Source: an uncultured Bacteroidales bacterium (lineage in GTDB: Bacteria; Bacteroidota; Bacteroidia; Bacteroidales; VadinHA17). Taken from it: 64,000 nt of DNA. Where the stretch lies: positions 648,120 to 712,119 of the forward strand of contig CAWHSA010000005.1 in NCBI GenBank assembly GCA_963831855.1. The letters are read 5' to 3'. This document shows, piece by piece, positions 9,374-20,900 of the stretch. Every line of letters starts with the position of its first letter. Position 1 is the stretch's first letter. The translations under genes and the position numbers were made by a program. A model generated the notes under the pieces. The model ran no database searches and was not told the DNA's origin. It saw only the letters and a program-made list of their open reading frames with translations.

Positions 9374-10678
9374 ATGAGCAGAATAGTTGCAATTGTTGGC
9401 AGGCCCAACGTAGGGAAATCGACTCTCTTCAACAGACTTACCGGATCAAGAGATGCGATTGTTGATGAACTGAGCGGTGTGACGCGCGACCGGAATTATG
9501 GCATATGTTCATGGAACGGCATTGATTTTTCCGTAATTGACACCGGAGGTTATGTAGAGAATTCAGAGGATATATTCGAAGAAGAAATCAATAAGCAGGT
9601 GATGCTCGCAATTGAAGAATCCGATGCTATTATATTCATGGTTGATGTCACTGTGGGGATTCATGAGCTCGATAGTTCGGTCGCTTCCATGCTGAGGAAG
9701 ACAAATAAAACTGTGATCCTTGCAGTAAATAAAGTAGATAATAATGAAAGAATAATTGACGCAAATGAATTTTACAGCCTTGGGCTCGGAGACTTCTTTA
9801 CCCTGAGCTCAATTAACGGAAGCGGAACCGGTGACCTTCTCGATAAGGTAGTAAAGAGCCTTCCTGAACAGCTTCCGGAAGAAATACCTGATCTGCCGCG
9901 TGTAGCAATTGTCGGAAGACCCAATGTCGGTAAATCGTCCCTTGTGAACTCACTCATGGGGGAAGAAAGAAATATCGTCACACCCCTGCCCGGGACCACC
10001 CGCGATTCAATATTTACAAGGTATAACAAATATCAGCACGACTTCCTTCTGGTTGATACTGCAGGCCTCAGAAAAAAAGGCAAAGTAAGCGAGAATGTTG
10101 AATTTTATTCTGTAATGAGGGCGGTCAGGACAATTGAAAATTCCGATATATGCCTTCTGTTAATTGACGGAACAAGGGGACTGGAATCTCAGGATCTCAA
10201 TATCATGTCACTCATTCTAAAGAACAATAAAGGAATGATAGTGCTCGTTAATAAATGGGACCTTGTCGAGAAAGAAAGCAACACGTCAAAGTTCCTGGAA
10301 AAAGAGATCCGTTATAAAACAGCTCCCTTTACTGATTACCCGATACTTTTTATCTCGGCAACAAATAAACAAAGAATACATAAGATACTTGAAGCAATAG
10401 ACACTGTTAAGAACAATATTAACAGGAAAATATCGACCTCAGAACTTAATGAAATTATGCTTGGGATCGTAAAACAGAATCCTCCGCCTTCGTTAAAAGG
10501 CAAATATGTGAAAATTAAATATGTGACACAGCTCCCGACACATTCACCATCATTTGCGTTTTTCTGTAACCTGCCGCAGTATGTCAAAGAGCCTTATAAG
10601 AGGTACATTGAGAACAGGATGAGAGAGAAATATGAATTTACCGGGGTTCCGTTAAGAATATTTTTCAGAAAAAAATGA
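9374..10678 (+). CDS. der: Ribosome-biogenesis GTPase Der (EngA), double GTPase domain
   Basis: Two G domains ([12 protein letters not shown] and [12 protein letters not shown]; DTGG/DTAG; NKVD/NKWD) plus a KH-like C-terminus. Confidence 0.95.
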   Translation: MSRIVAIVGRPNVGKSTLFNRLTGSRDAIVDELSGVTRDRNYGICSWNGIDFSVIDTGGYVENSEDIFEEEINKQVMLAIEESDAIIFMVDVTVGIHELDSSVASMLRKTNKTVILAVNKVDNNERIIDANEFYSLGLGDFFTLSSINGSGTGDLLDKVVKSLPEQLPEEIPDLPRVAIVGRPNVGKSSLVNSLMGEERNIVTPLPGTTRDSIFTRYNKYQHDFLLVDTAGLRKKGKVSENVEFYSVMRAVRTIENSDICLLLIDGTRGLESQDLNIMSLILKNNKGMIVLVNKWDLVEKESNTSKFLEKEIRYKTAPFTDYPILFISATNKQRIHKILEAIDTVKNNINRKISTSELNEIMLGIVKQNPPPSLKGKYVKIKYVTQLPTHSPSFAFFCNLPQYVKEPYKRYIENRMREKYEFTGVPLRIFFRKK

Positions 10679-10728
10679 AAGATTCTGGTGTGGTTTTTGT
10701 TAATTTAAAGGATATTGTCCCTTTAGCT

Positions 10729-11256
10729 ATGAAATCAGCAGCTTTACTTTTCATAACAGCCCTCATCGCAGTTTTCTCCGGATCATGCCGGAAAATAGCA
10801 CAATTGCCCCCTGAACCTAAGATTGAATTTCAGAGTTTTGCTGTTTTTGATTCAACTGATATCCTTGGAAACTACTATAAGGCGGGAAGGCTGAAATTCC
10901 GTTTCCAGGATGGGGATGGTGATCTCGGATTACAGGTGGCTGAATCAGGTGCAACAGATACGACAAATCTCTTTTTTACCCTTTTCAGAAGTTTAAAAAA
11001 TGTGATGGTCCAGGTCCCTGATAACGACCTCATGAAGCCATCATCATACAGAATTCCATATATGGAAAGAACTGGTCAGAATAAAATCCTCAGAGGGACC
11101 ATTGCCGTAACCTTTCTTTATCTTAATTATGAACCGGCTGACACCGATACTCTCAGGTATGATTTTGAAATAAAGGATCGTGCCGGTAATTACAGCAATA
11201 CAGAATCAACGGCAGATATTGTTCTTTCCGTCAACGGACTTTATGTAAAACCCTAG
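10729..11256 (+). CDS. Hypothetical lipoprotein (unknown function)
   Basis: The ORF has a lipoprotein-type signal MKSAALLFITALIAVFSGSC. The ORF-track start at 10675 overlaps the der stop, so the ATG at 10729 is preferred. I recognised no family. Confidence 0.5.
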   Translation: MKSAALLFITALIAVFSGSCRKIAQLPPEPKIEFQSFAVFDSTDILGNYYKAGRLKFRFQDGDGDLGLQVAESGATDTTNLFFTLFRSLKNVMVQVPDNDLMKPSSYRIPYMERTGQNKILRGTIAVTFLYLNYEPADTDTLRYDFEIKDRAGNYSNTESTADIVLSVNGLYVKP

Positions 11257-11260
11257 GTAT

Positions 11261-14200
11261 TCAGAGCCTGATACCCATCATCAGGATATCATCAACCTGT
11301 TCATAATCTCCTTTCCAGTCATCATAGAATTTTGTTATGATTTCTTTCTGACCGGACATTGGCAGAGCGGTAACATCCTCTATAAGTTTTTTTAGCCTTG
11401 CTATCTTCATCTTTTTGCCGTCGGCGCCGCCAAACTGATCCGGGAGTCCGTCTGAGAACATATAAATGGTATCACCTTCGGTAAGATAGTACTCCTGGTC
11501 GTCAAAGTACTTTTCTATAACCGACTCTCCGCCAACGGACGATCTGTTACCTTTTATATAATATGGTTCGCCGTCCAGTACAAGTATCACCGGCCTCATT
11601 GCTGATGCAAACCTGATATACCGTGTTTTAACATTTACTTCACATACAACCATATCCATTCCATCGTTGGAAACCCCAAGCTCAACGTTCTGGTTTAAAG
11701 TCGAGAATATATGGTTGTCAAGCAATTTTAAAATCTCGGATGGCTTATAGATGTGCTGCCTGGTAACTATATCCTGAAGGAGCGTGGATCCGATCATCGA
11801 CATAAATGCTCCGGGAACGCCATGCCCTGTGGAATCGGCACAGACTATCATAAACCTGTCTTCATCCAGCTTGTCGAACCAGTAAAAATCGCCGCTCACA
11901 ATATCGCGGGGCTGGAATATAAGAAAGGTATCCGCGAAACTCTCCCTGAGCCTGTTGAAATCAGGAAGGATGCTGGTCTGAATCCTCTTTGCATAGTTTA
12001 TACTGTCCGTAATTTCAAGGTTTGCAAGCTCTATCACTCCCTTTTGCTTCATTACCACGCTTGTTCTTGCTTCAAGCTCCTTTTCAAGATATTCCTGAAT
12101 TTTTTTCTGTTCTTTCTCCCTTTGCCAGACAATGATTATTATGATTCCCGAAATCAATGCTGCAACGCTAAGGATAAACCATCCCATGCGCCAGAATGGT
12201 TTTTTGATAATCAGGTCAAAAGAAACGGGCGTTTCCTGTGAGAGACCGTCCTCATTCACAGATTTCATATTGAATTTGTATTTCCCGTCACGGGGTGAGT
12301 ACAGCACCCTCCTCTCGGTTGTCATCTTTGACCAGGTATCATCAAGGTTATCGAGTTTTGTCTGGTACCATACCTTATCAGCATCCCTGAGGTTTATTCC
12401 TACATAATCCACCCGGATTGAATACCTTTTATTATATGGCAGTGTTATAGAAGGAGAATAGGGATAAACTTTTTCGTTTACCGTGATGCTGTTTATATTA
12501 TTAACGGGCGCCAGATGAGGCTTGAAGTCCTTTGCCCTGTCATATATTATTAATCCTGAACTTGTGCCGATGAACACTTTGCCGTCAGATGATTCAAACA
12601 TCCCGGCCGGGTTACAGGTACCGACGCCGGTAAATTCGGTCCCGAACGTTTTCATGATTCCTGTTTCCGGGTTATATCTTGAAAAACCTGATTGATGCCC
12701 TATCCATATCTGGCCGGAAGAATCAGCCAGCATGGAGTATCCGTAATCGGACATCAGTTTTTCATTTTTTGTTATAGAATTCAATGAATCCCCTGAGAAT
12801 CTAAAGATACCGTTCCCCATTGTTGATGCCCACAGGCTGCCCTCCTTACTCTGGCAGAATGATGATATCTCATTCATGGTTGGACCATACATGATCGCTT
12901 TTCCAGATGTAACGCCTGTTATTGGGTCGATAAAATAGAGCCTGTCAGTTTTTGTGGCAACAGCTGCTTTACCGCCGGATGTTAAGAATACCTGGTTAAT
13001 GCTGTTATGGGGCAATCCGTTATTAATATTATATCCCGAAATAGAATCACCCGAGAACCTGTCAAGGATTACCACGCCGTTAAGGGTCCCGAGCCAGATA
13101 TATTTATTATCAATTTTAATATCATTTATATAATCCTCCCCGGAATTCCCGGAACGGAAAAACCGTATTACCGTCCCCCGGGCGCTCCTTTTATAAAGGC
13201 CTCCTCCCTTGGTTCCGATCCAGACATCATTTTTATCATCGACACAATATGATGCTATTTCGTTGTTTCCTGTTTTCTGTTTCAGGTTAGTGAATGATCT
13301 GGTGCGTGTGTTTTCTGCATCGAACTGATAAAATCCCGAAGGTGTACCCAGAAAATAATCATTACTTATTTTATTGATGTAAATGATATTATTCGTTTCG
13401 GGTGTCGATCCGGGCGAATAAAAGCTGAATGCCAGTGAATTAAGCATTGAAAGGCCATCACCAAACAAACCGATCCAGTAATTTCCCTCATAATCCTGGA
13501 AGACAAGCTTTGCGTGGTTTCCCGGAAGGCCCGACTCTTTACTGAAGGTTCTCGTAGTCTCAACTGTCTGTCCATCCCCTGAAAGTTTTATTTCTATGAT
13601 CCCGGATTCATTAGTCGATAACCAGATGTTTCCTTTATTATCTTCAGTAATTGACTGGATACTCTCATAATCAAGTTCTTCATGATCAGGTAAACGGGTA
13701 AGGTTATATTGTTTCCCCGAGATTTCAAGCCGGAATAATCCGCTACCGTTTGTGCCTGCCAGGTAAATATTTTTATCTTTTATCCTGTGCAATGCAAGCA
13801 CGTTTGAATATTTAAAACCACTTACCGAGCCGGCATTTAGTAAGGAATCCTTCACCACTTCATATTCCCGGATTGTCTCCTGTGTGCCAAGGAGAAGATT
13901 CCCGGATTGTGTAAAACATGCCGAAAATATCGTTAAATCTTCGTCAACGGAATATTCTTTTGCCATTTCAGGATCTTCAGGATTGATCCTGAATATTGAT
14001 TTAGTCTGGAGGACGACATATATTGATCCGTCAGGTCCTTCAAGAATCGCACTTATTGGCCGTGCATTTTTTAAAACACTGGGTTTAAGGTTATTCCCTT
14101 CAGAATAAAATACTGATCCGTCATCGAAGCCGAACCATATTTTACCGCTTTTGTCCCTCATGCTGACAGTGGGATACCGGCCGGTTACAGAGTCCGGAAA

Positions 14201-14428
14201 TGAAACCCTGAAAAAATCGAAACCGTCAAATTTTGACAGGCCGCTGCCGGTTCCGACCCACAGATAACCATTACTGTCCTGGTTTAAAGTATATATGAAT
14301 AGATCGGGGATCCCTTTTTCAAGACCGTAATTCTTAAACCTGTAAACCTGTCCGGTAAGTTGGTGCGGAAATAAGAATATGCACAATATTGTGCTGATAA
14401 GGATTTTAGGGATTAAGACTTTCCTCAT
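11261..14428 (-). CDS. Transmembrane sensor phosphatase: periplasmic two-component-regulator propeller repeats plus Y_Y_Y domain, one TM helix, coiled coil, cytoplasmic PP2C/SpoIIE phosphatase
   Basis: 1055 aa. Signal peptide, then many G.LW.GT..GL propeller repeats. TM helix WFILSVAALISGIIIIIVW. C-terminal SpoIIE-like motifs SGDFYWF, CADSTGHGVPGAFMS and SDGLPDQFGG. Confidence 0.8.
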   Translation of the reverse strand: MRKVLIPKILISTILCIFLFPHQLTGQVYRFKNYGLEKGIPDLFIYTLNQDSNGYLWVGTGSGLSKFDGFDFFRVSFPDSVTGRYPTVSMRDKSGKIWFGFDDGSVFYSEGNNLKPSVLKNARPISAILEGPDGSIYVVLQTKSIFRINPEDPEMAKEYSVDEDLTIFSACFTQSGNLLLGTQETIREYEVVKDSLLNAGSVSGFKYSNVLALHRIKDKNIYLAGTNGSGLFRLEISGKQYNLTRLPDHEELDYESIQSITEDNKGNIWLSTNESGIIEIKLSGDGQTVETTRTFSKESGLPGNHAKLVFQDYEGNYWIGLFGDGLSMLNSLAFSFYSPGSTPETNNIIYINKISNDYFLGTPSGFYQFDAENTRTRSFTNLKQKTGNNEIASYCVDDKNDVWIGTKGGGLYKRSARGTVIRFFRSGNSGEDYINDIKIDNKYIWLGTLNGVVILDRFSGDSISGYNINNGLPHNSINQVFLTSGGKAAVATKTDRLYFIDPITGVTSGKAIMYGPTMNEISSFCQSKEGSLWASTMGNGIFRFSGDSLNSITKNEKLMSDYGYSMLADSSGQIWIGHQSGFSRYNPETGIMKTFGTEFTGVGTCNPAGMFESSDGKVFIGTSSGLIIYDRAKDFKPHLAPVNNINSITVNEKVYPYSPSITLPYNKRYSIRVDYVGINLRDADKVWYQTKLDNLDDTWSKMTTERRVLYSPRDGKYKFNMKSVNEDGLSQETPVSFDLIIKKPFWRMGWFILSVAALISGIIIIIVWQREKEQKKIQEYLEKELEARTSVVMKQKGVIELANLEITDSINYAKRIQTSILPDFNRLRESFADTFLIFQPRDIVSGDFYWFDKLDEDRFMIVCADSTGHGVPGAFMSMIGSTLLQDIVTRQHIYKPSEILKLLDNHIFSTLNQNVELGVSNDGMDMVVCEVNVKTRYIRFASAMRPVILVLDGEPYYIKGNRSSVGGESVIEKYFDDQEYYLTEGDTIYMFSDGLPDQFGGADGKKMKIARLKKLIEDVTALPMSGQKEIITKFYDDWKGDYEQVDDILMMGIRL

Positions 14429-14439
14429 TTCAGCCCGGA

Positions 14440-15444
14440 TTATTTGTTAGGCTTATATTTATTAACCTTCAGTACAGGATTATAGACAGGGACTCCGCCG
14501 ATAGGCGAGCTGTAAAACGGCATATTATCACCTCTCTGGTTCTCTATAGTCATCACGACATTATTATTTTTAACCAGTTCGCCTTGTTTTTTATGGAACT
14601 GAAAGTCAAGAGATGATCCTATTTCATTGGCCTCGATAGGTATTTTTGATTCATTCCAGTCATCTTCATAGGAATGTAATACTTCAATCCCCTGCTTGTA
14701 TCTCGAAACAACAATTATATGGCCATCGTCATCCCAGTCGAAGTTCCTCTGCCTGACATAAACCACGCCGGTATCTACATACGGATATATATGAGCCACA
14801 CTTTTGAAATCGTTCCACATGCGGAATGTATATACATATGTAAGGGCATTGGCGCCCTCAATGGGAACATTATCATCAGGCTTGCTGCTGAGAAAATACC
14901 TGTACAGGTTTCCGTCATCTCCGCTTATACCTTCACATACAATTTTAAAAACATACTTGTTCCACTTGGCATTGAAATCACCGGATGTGGGATTGAATGG
15001 TCCAAGAGTAAAATATTTATTGTCGTATCTGGCTTCTTTCCCGAAAACCTTTGAACCAAGCAGTGTTCCGCCCTTGTAATTCATTCCCTTATCCACCCCC
15101 TTTGACTCCAGGTTCTTGTCGGGATCAACGCCCTTGCCACCATAAACTGAAAAAAGGGTCCGGGTATTGAATTCCCCCTGTATCTCATCATACTCACCGC
15201 CGCAATCAGGATCAAAAACCCTGATATAAAACTGCTGCTTAAAATCCTCCGGTATCAGAAAGAACCATATTTCATAGAAATCATCATCTCCCCATGATGT
15301 TTTACCCTGTTTCCCAAAAGTCACAAGAAAGGGAATATTTTCATCTTTCGAGGGTACTGCCTGTGCAGAAAGATCCGGCAAAGCCTGAAGGCTGATTAGC
15401 CAAACTGATACTATTATTTTAAATATGGATCTGCACAATTTCAT
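14440..15444 (-). CDS. Hypothetical secreted protein (no family recognised)
   Basis: 334 aa with a signal peptide (…ISLQALPDLSAQA). Gaps of 11 and 27 nt to the flanking same-strand genes suggest co-transcription. Confidence 0.55.
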   Translation of the reverse strand: MKLCRSIFKIIVSVWLISLQALPDLSAQAVPSKDENIPFLVTFGKQGKTSWGDDDFYEIWFFLIPEDFKQQFYIRVFDPDCGGEYDEIQGEFNTRTLFSVYGGKGVDPDKNLESKGVDKGMNYKGGTLLGSKVFGKEARYDNKYFTLGPFNPTSGDFNAKWNKYVFKIVCEGISGDDGNLYRYFLSSKPDDNVPIEGANALTYVYTFRMWNDFKSVAHIYPYVDTGVVYVRQRNFDWDDDGHIIVVSRYKQGIEVLHSYEDDWNESKIPIEANEIGSSLDFQFHKKQGELVKNNNVVMTIENQRGDNMPFYSSPIGGVPVYNPVLKVNKYKPNK

Positions 15445-15471
15445 CTGAAGCTAAAATTAGTTATTTCATTG

Positions 15472-16932
15472 TCAGGGTTGCGGTGATATGATAATATTTT
15501 TACAAACACATGCTTCCCTGGTCACTCCGTCCTGATCCGGCTCAGCAGTCACAATAAGCTGAATATTAAAAATTCCGGGCTTCAGGTATGTCTTATCAAC
15601 ATCCTTGCCAATTGCTATTGTTTCATCGCCGAAATTCCAGTAATATCTGTTTATGCTCCATCCGGGCAGATTTGTTTTGTCACCACTGAACATCAGTTGT
15701 CCGCCTTGTCCGCCATTATCAGGACCGGTAATATAAGGCTGTTCAACATCCTTTATCTCAAGGTTATAAGTTTTTTCATTGTAGATAACCTCGTTGGTGA
15801 TAAGATTCACTACATCAAGCTGGACAAGATAAGATCCCGGCCCGGGGTAACAATGCACCACAGTAGAACCGGTGCCTTTGGCTCCGTCACCAAATTTCCA
15901 TTCAAACCTGAAAGGCAGTGAATCAGGGTTGAACTTAACGGCATTTTCCTCAATCATCTGGTAACAGTAATTATTTTCCACCAGCGTATCGCAGGAGGTT
16001 TTTCTTATTATGGTCGAGGCAAACCTGAAAATATCATCACTCCTTTCCCTGTTTGATGAGAAATACCCGGATGCCGAATTATCATCCGCGACAAATGCAA
16101 AATCGTCAGATGAAGAATTGACCGGGTCAGGCATTAATGCCGGAGCTTCCCATTTCCCCATGCTCAGCATAGTGTAATAGACATCCATTCCACCCATTCC
16201 TCCCTGCCGGTTTGATGAGAAATAAAGCTTTCCCGAAGGATGCATGAATGGGTAATTTTCATTACCGGGGGAGTTGACAACCGGCCCAAGGTTTACCGGT
16301 ATGCTCCAGTTATTGTTGATCCATTCACAGTAATACAGATCAGAACTTCCCAGCCCCCCCGGCATGTTGGATGCGAAAAAAAGATATTTACCGTCGCGGC
16401 TTACTGAAGGCTGGCCGACATCATATTGAGGATTGTTATAAGCAAAAGGCCGGAGAGAAATGAGCGTTTCTCCCGAAAGCTCTGCAATGAAGATACCATT
16501 ATGGTTTTTAAAATTTCTTTTCCGGGTTGCTTTTCCCGTTTCCACTTCACTAGTAAAATAAACTGTTTTCCCGTCAGGCGCTATGCTTAACGGCCCGTTG
16601 TTAAAGAGTGTGCTTCGTTCACTTCTGATCTCTTTGGGATCCAGCCAGTCACTGGTGTCTTTCCGTTCTGCAATGTAAATATTATAAAGTCTCCTGTCTT
16701 CAAAGGTAGTCCTGTCCTTAATTGCACTGAATCGCCTGTCGGAACAAAAAACTATTCCGTCTTTTACCATAACAGGTGATATCTCACTAAAGTCTCCCTT
16801 ATTGAAGGGCATTCTTGTAATCCTGTAGATTGAGGGTGGCTTCGGTTGTCCGGAAGATGGTTTTGTCTGGGCACTGCAACCCAGACAGGCAGCAATAAAC
16901 AAGAAAAAAATATTCCGGATTTTCGTTGTCAT
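15472..16932 (-). CDS. PD40 (TolB-like beta-propeller) repeat protein with two C-terminal PKD domains; probable lipoprotein
   Basis: PD40-like repeats (SPDGKTVYFTS, SRDGKYLFFASN, PSGKLYFSSNR). PKD signatures (FEWKFGDGAKGTGSTVVHCYPGPGSYLVQLDV; YWNFGDETIAIGKDVDKTYLKPGIFNIQLIV). Start moved to the ATG at 16932 (MTTKIRNIFFLFIAACLGCS), 4 nt after the PorP stop. Confidence 0.7.
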   Translation of the reverse strand: MTTKIRNIFFLFIAACLGCSAQTKPSSGQPKPPSIYRITRMPFNKGDFSEISPVMVKDGIVFCSDRRFSAIKDRTTFEDRRLYNIYIAERKDTSDWLDPKEIRSERSTLFNNGPLSIAPDGKTVYFTSEVETGKATRKRNFKNHNGIFIAELSGETLISLRPFAYNNPQYDVGQPSVSRDGKYLFFASNMPGGLGSSDLYYCEWINNNWSIPVNLGPVVNSPGNENYPFMHPSGKLYFSSNRQGGMGGMDVYYTMLSMGKWEAPALMPDPVNSSSDDFAFVADDNSASGYFSSNRERSDDIFRFASTIIRKTSCDTLVENNYCYQMIEENAVKFNPDSLPFRFEWKFGDGAKGTGSTVVHCYPGPGSYLVQLDVVNLITNEVIYNEKTYNLEIKDVEQPYITGPDNGGQGGQLMFSGDKTNLPGWSINRYYWNFGDETIAIGKDVDKTYLKPGIFNIQLIVTAEPDQDGVTREACVCKNIIISPQP

Positions 16933-16936
16933 ATGC

Positions 16937-17899
16937 TCAAAAATACCTTGGATTTGCTGCACTCACCTTCGAACCAAACTCATATCTTATAAAAAATTCG
17001 CTGGATCCATTTGAATAGGAATTCATCCTTCCGGCAGGATAATCATAAGAAATACCGAACATTATCTGCGGTCCGATCTGCACTTGCATAAGTCCAACGG
17101 CAACCTGTTCCGAAGTCCTCCATGAACCGCCTACCCAGATAAGGTCGGCAATGATAAAATTCCCGTTTATATCAAACTGGTTTATCTTTTTGGTATCATG
17201 CATTGAATAATCAAGAAGCAGTGAAGGTTTGAATTTAATTGAAGGAGAAATTGTGATAAGCAACCCGGATGATAATATGAAATCATATTCACTGAAGGAA
17301 TGATAAGCCTGGGTATTACCGTTACCGATGCTCCGGTAAAAGAGGAATGCCGGCACTGCAAATCCGGCAAAGAAGTCTTTGCTGAAATAGTAAACGCCAG
17401 CTCCTGCATTCGGGAATATATACCGTTTGTTATTATCAGGGAATACCGGGTCGGGTCGGGTAATTCCGGTCAGCCCTGAATATTTGGTGTTTGACATATC
17501 GACACCGGCTTTAAGCCCAAATGAAAGTTTGCCTTTACCCAGCCTGATATGGTATGCATAAATTCCGTAAATACTTTGCGACGAGGTCACACCGAATTGC
17601 ATGAACTGAGCTTTCAGGCCAAGGGCCACCTTGTCATTTTTCATCGGCGTATGAAGTGAAACAGATTGCAGCCTGGGCGCATCCGCAATGCCCATCCATT
17701 GCATCCTGTATGAAAGAGCAACACTGAGCGCTTCACGCGAACCCGCATATGCCGGATTTATCATAAGCCCGTTATGGAGATACTGGCTGTAAACCGGATA
17801 GCCCAGGATTATCCTCCCGGAATCCGGGGCAGACTGCCCGGCAATATTGCAGTTTATTGCAACAAACAATGCTGTATATAAGATGCCCGTTCTCTTCAT
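16937..17899 (-). CDS. Type IX secretion system membrane protein, PorP/SprF family
   Basis: 320 aa with a signal peptide. Family-typical N-terminus YSQYLHNGLMINPAYAGSREALSVALSYRMQWMGIADAP. Beta-barrel-like, ending ...EFGSKVSAANPRYF. Confidence 0.85.
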   Translation of the reverse strand: MKRTGILYTALFVAINCNIAGQSAPDSGRIILGYPVYSQYLHNGLMINPAYAGSREALSVALSYRMQWMGIADAPRLQSVSLHTPMKNDKVALGLKAQFMQFGVTSSQSIYGIYAYHIRLGKGKLSFGLKAGVDMSNTKYSGLTGITRPDPVFPDNNKRYIFPNAGAGVYYFSKDFFAGFAVPAFLFYRSIGNGNTQAYHSFSEYDFILSSGLLITISPSIKFKPSLLLDYSMHDTKKINQFDINGNFIIADLIWVGGSWRTSEQVAVGLMQVQIGPQIMFGISYDYPAGRMNSYSNGSSEFFIRYEFGSKVSAANPRYF

Positions 17900-17945
17900 A
17901 TTGTTATTGTCCGTAACCTCCTTAATTTCTCCTTTTCTTTTCCGG

Positions 17946-20900
17946 TTAATTCCTTTTTAGAATTACGAATCCGCTCTTCTGGGAAACGTGCTCTGTCCTG
18001 ATTGAATATACTTTAAGCAAATAATAATATGTCCCCTCAGGAAGCTCCGTTCCCTTTGCACTTTTCCCATCCCATACCTGCCAGGGATTTCCGTTCCTGT
18101 TGGTGGCAGAGAAAACCAATGATCCTGCGCCATTAAGAATGGTAAGATCAATTTCCTGGTTCACAAGATCAAGTCCCGATATTTTAAGTGAATCATTTAT
18201 AAGATCGCCATCAGGAGATATGCCTTCAGGAATTACGGGAATTAAAACCTCATAACTGACAAGCGATTCGACCTTGCATTTTCCATTCGTAACTGTCCAT
18301 TTATAGGTATTAATTCCAAGGGAAATATTCTTTATATAGGTGGAGTTCGCAGCATCATCGTCAAAATCGCCGGATCCTGTCACGACACTCCACAGGCCTG
18401 TTTCAAATGGCTGAAGCGGAGTGGCATCCACTTTTGTCATATTATCAAATGACATAATTGTCCCGCCTGTACCCGCCGTGACACTACCGATACGTTTATC
18501 AAACCTGATCGAAACATCATCCTTATTCTTACAGATACCATTGGTTTCTTCCCAGGAAAATGTATACGTAACATTAGCGCCGGTAAATGATGAATCAATT
18601 TTTATAATCGAATGAGGATCATTTGCAACAGATGACAATACCTCGGGAGGAAATTGCCATAATCCGGTTCCGTCGCTCGGAACCGCTTTAAGAGTGTAAC
18701 CCGGTCCGCAAGCTGCATCATCAGGTCCGGCGTTTGCAACAGGCACCCTGTATACATTAGCCTTCCTAATTCCGGTCAATGATGTGGCAAGACATGCATT
18801 CTGGTCCTCCACGGCAGCAAGCGAATAGTTAAATACTGACAGGGAAGATGCTGCAGAAGGTATCCTTGAGATTACATAATCAGCTGAACCTATTCCGTTT
18901 ACAACAACACCAGTAGTATTCTCATTATAAGTTACCTTCCATGGCGATGCTCCTGTAAGATGGACCTTCAGCAAGACCTGACTGCCATTGCAGATTGTTG
19001 TATCAGTTACTGATGTAAATGAGCCTGTGGGCAACGGAACTATATCCAGTGTTATTACATTCGAAGTATCGATGCAGCAATCCGAAGGACCGGAAATTAA
19101 AACGCGCCTGTACCAGGTTTTGCCGGTTAATGCGGGTGGAGCATAATTCTGCTGATTTGCTGTTCCTGCGGCACCGGCCCATGTTGTTCCGTTGGTGCTC
19201 TGCTCCCATATCCAGGTGGGTGTTCCCCCGGCACCGCCGGTAAGAACAGTTCCCGATACAGGACCAGGAACAGTATTATAACATACTGCGGGCTTTGTTA
19301 CTGAAATAACATTATTTGTAATTGATGGTAAAACGATCACTCTCATGCTGTTGCTTACTGACGAGCACATTCCTGAAATTACCCTTCTCCTGAACCAGGT
19401 GGTTGCTGTCAAAGCAGAAGGATTATAGCTCGAAAGAGTTGCTGGAGCAATATCGGTATATGCTGAATTGTCAACCGAGTATTGCCACAGGAACGCATAA
19501 TCCCCCGGAGTATCGGTTCCTCCGGCAGGAGTGCTTCCTTTGATCCTGTTGGGAACAGAACCATTGCAAATCGTTGTATCTGGTCCGGGACCTGAGATGA
19601 GCGATGCGATATTATTCAGGACCGGTTGATGAACCTTAATAACGATTATGTTGCTTGTGTTCGTACATTTTGAGGAAGTTACTATTCTCCTGTACCATGT
19701 AGTATCGGTCAGGGCCGGAGGAAGAAATGGCGATTTGGGAGTTCCCTTTGTAGCCCATGGAATTCCCTTTGTGCTGTCCTGCCACTGATATGCATAGGTC
19801 AGATCACCCTGGGCCGGATCTGAACCTGTAAGCCCTGCAGGAACGCTCCCCGAACAGATAATATTATCTGCGGCTATCAGATTGTTTTTGATCTTGTGAT
19901 ACCTCGTCAGCAGAATTGGGATGCTTTTGTTCTGGCAGGTATTATATGGTCCGGAATAGACTGTCCTTCTGAAGAATCTTTTTTCCGTAACAGCAAACTT
20001 AGAAGTATCAGCGTTGTACGTGGTATTTGAATTTGTACCGGCTGCTGCTAGCCATAATCCTGAGGTTGTACTGTCCTGCCACTGGTAGAGATAGGCCCCT
20101 GATCCTCCGCCGGCTGCAGAAGCTCCGAGAGTATTAAAAAGTGATCCCTCACAGATAACCGAGTCGGGCCGTGTTGTGACGTTGCCGGTAATTGAGGGAA
20201 GCACGGTTATGGTAACTGTGGCGCTGTAATCGATACAACGTCCTGAGGTTATTTTGCGTTGATAAAAAGTAGTACTGGAAAGAACCGGTGGGTCAAAGGC
20301 TGACAAATTCGATGTCCCGGTGGCATTTGGAGATGATGACCAATTAAGATTATCGAGATTCTGAATCCACTGGTACGCATAACGTCCGTTGCCGTTCGAT
20401 GGTCCAGAATTAAGAGGAATTAAGTTTAAAGGGTTCTGATTATAGCAGATGGTTGTATCTTTTCCAACCAGGTTTCCTGTTATTGCAGGTTGTACAATAA
20501 TTTTAACAAACTTACTTATATCAATAAGCGAACTGGCATCAGAAACAATTCTTCTGACCCAGAATGTAACCGGTTCGGTTGCAGTCGGAGTATAATCTTT
20601 GCCTGTAGCCCCAGAAATAGGGTTCCACACTAGTAAATCAAGGCTTTTTTCCCAGGTAAAGCTGTATGGTAAAGTACCTCCAACAGGGGTAGTACCTGTA
20701 ATTGGTTTCGGAATAACATTCGAACATATTGAATCTACCTGGTCTCCAGTCACTGAAGAACGAATTGAGTTGAAAAGGAAACCGTTAAGTACTGGCACAA
20801 AGGTAGTTACATTTTTACCCGGATCTCCAACTATGGCCGTAGAGGGTCCGGGTGGGGATTTAGTGCCTGGTAATCCACCTGCTACGGATTTTATTACATT

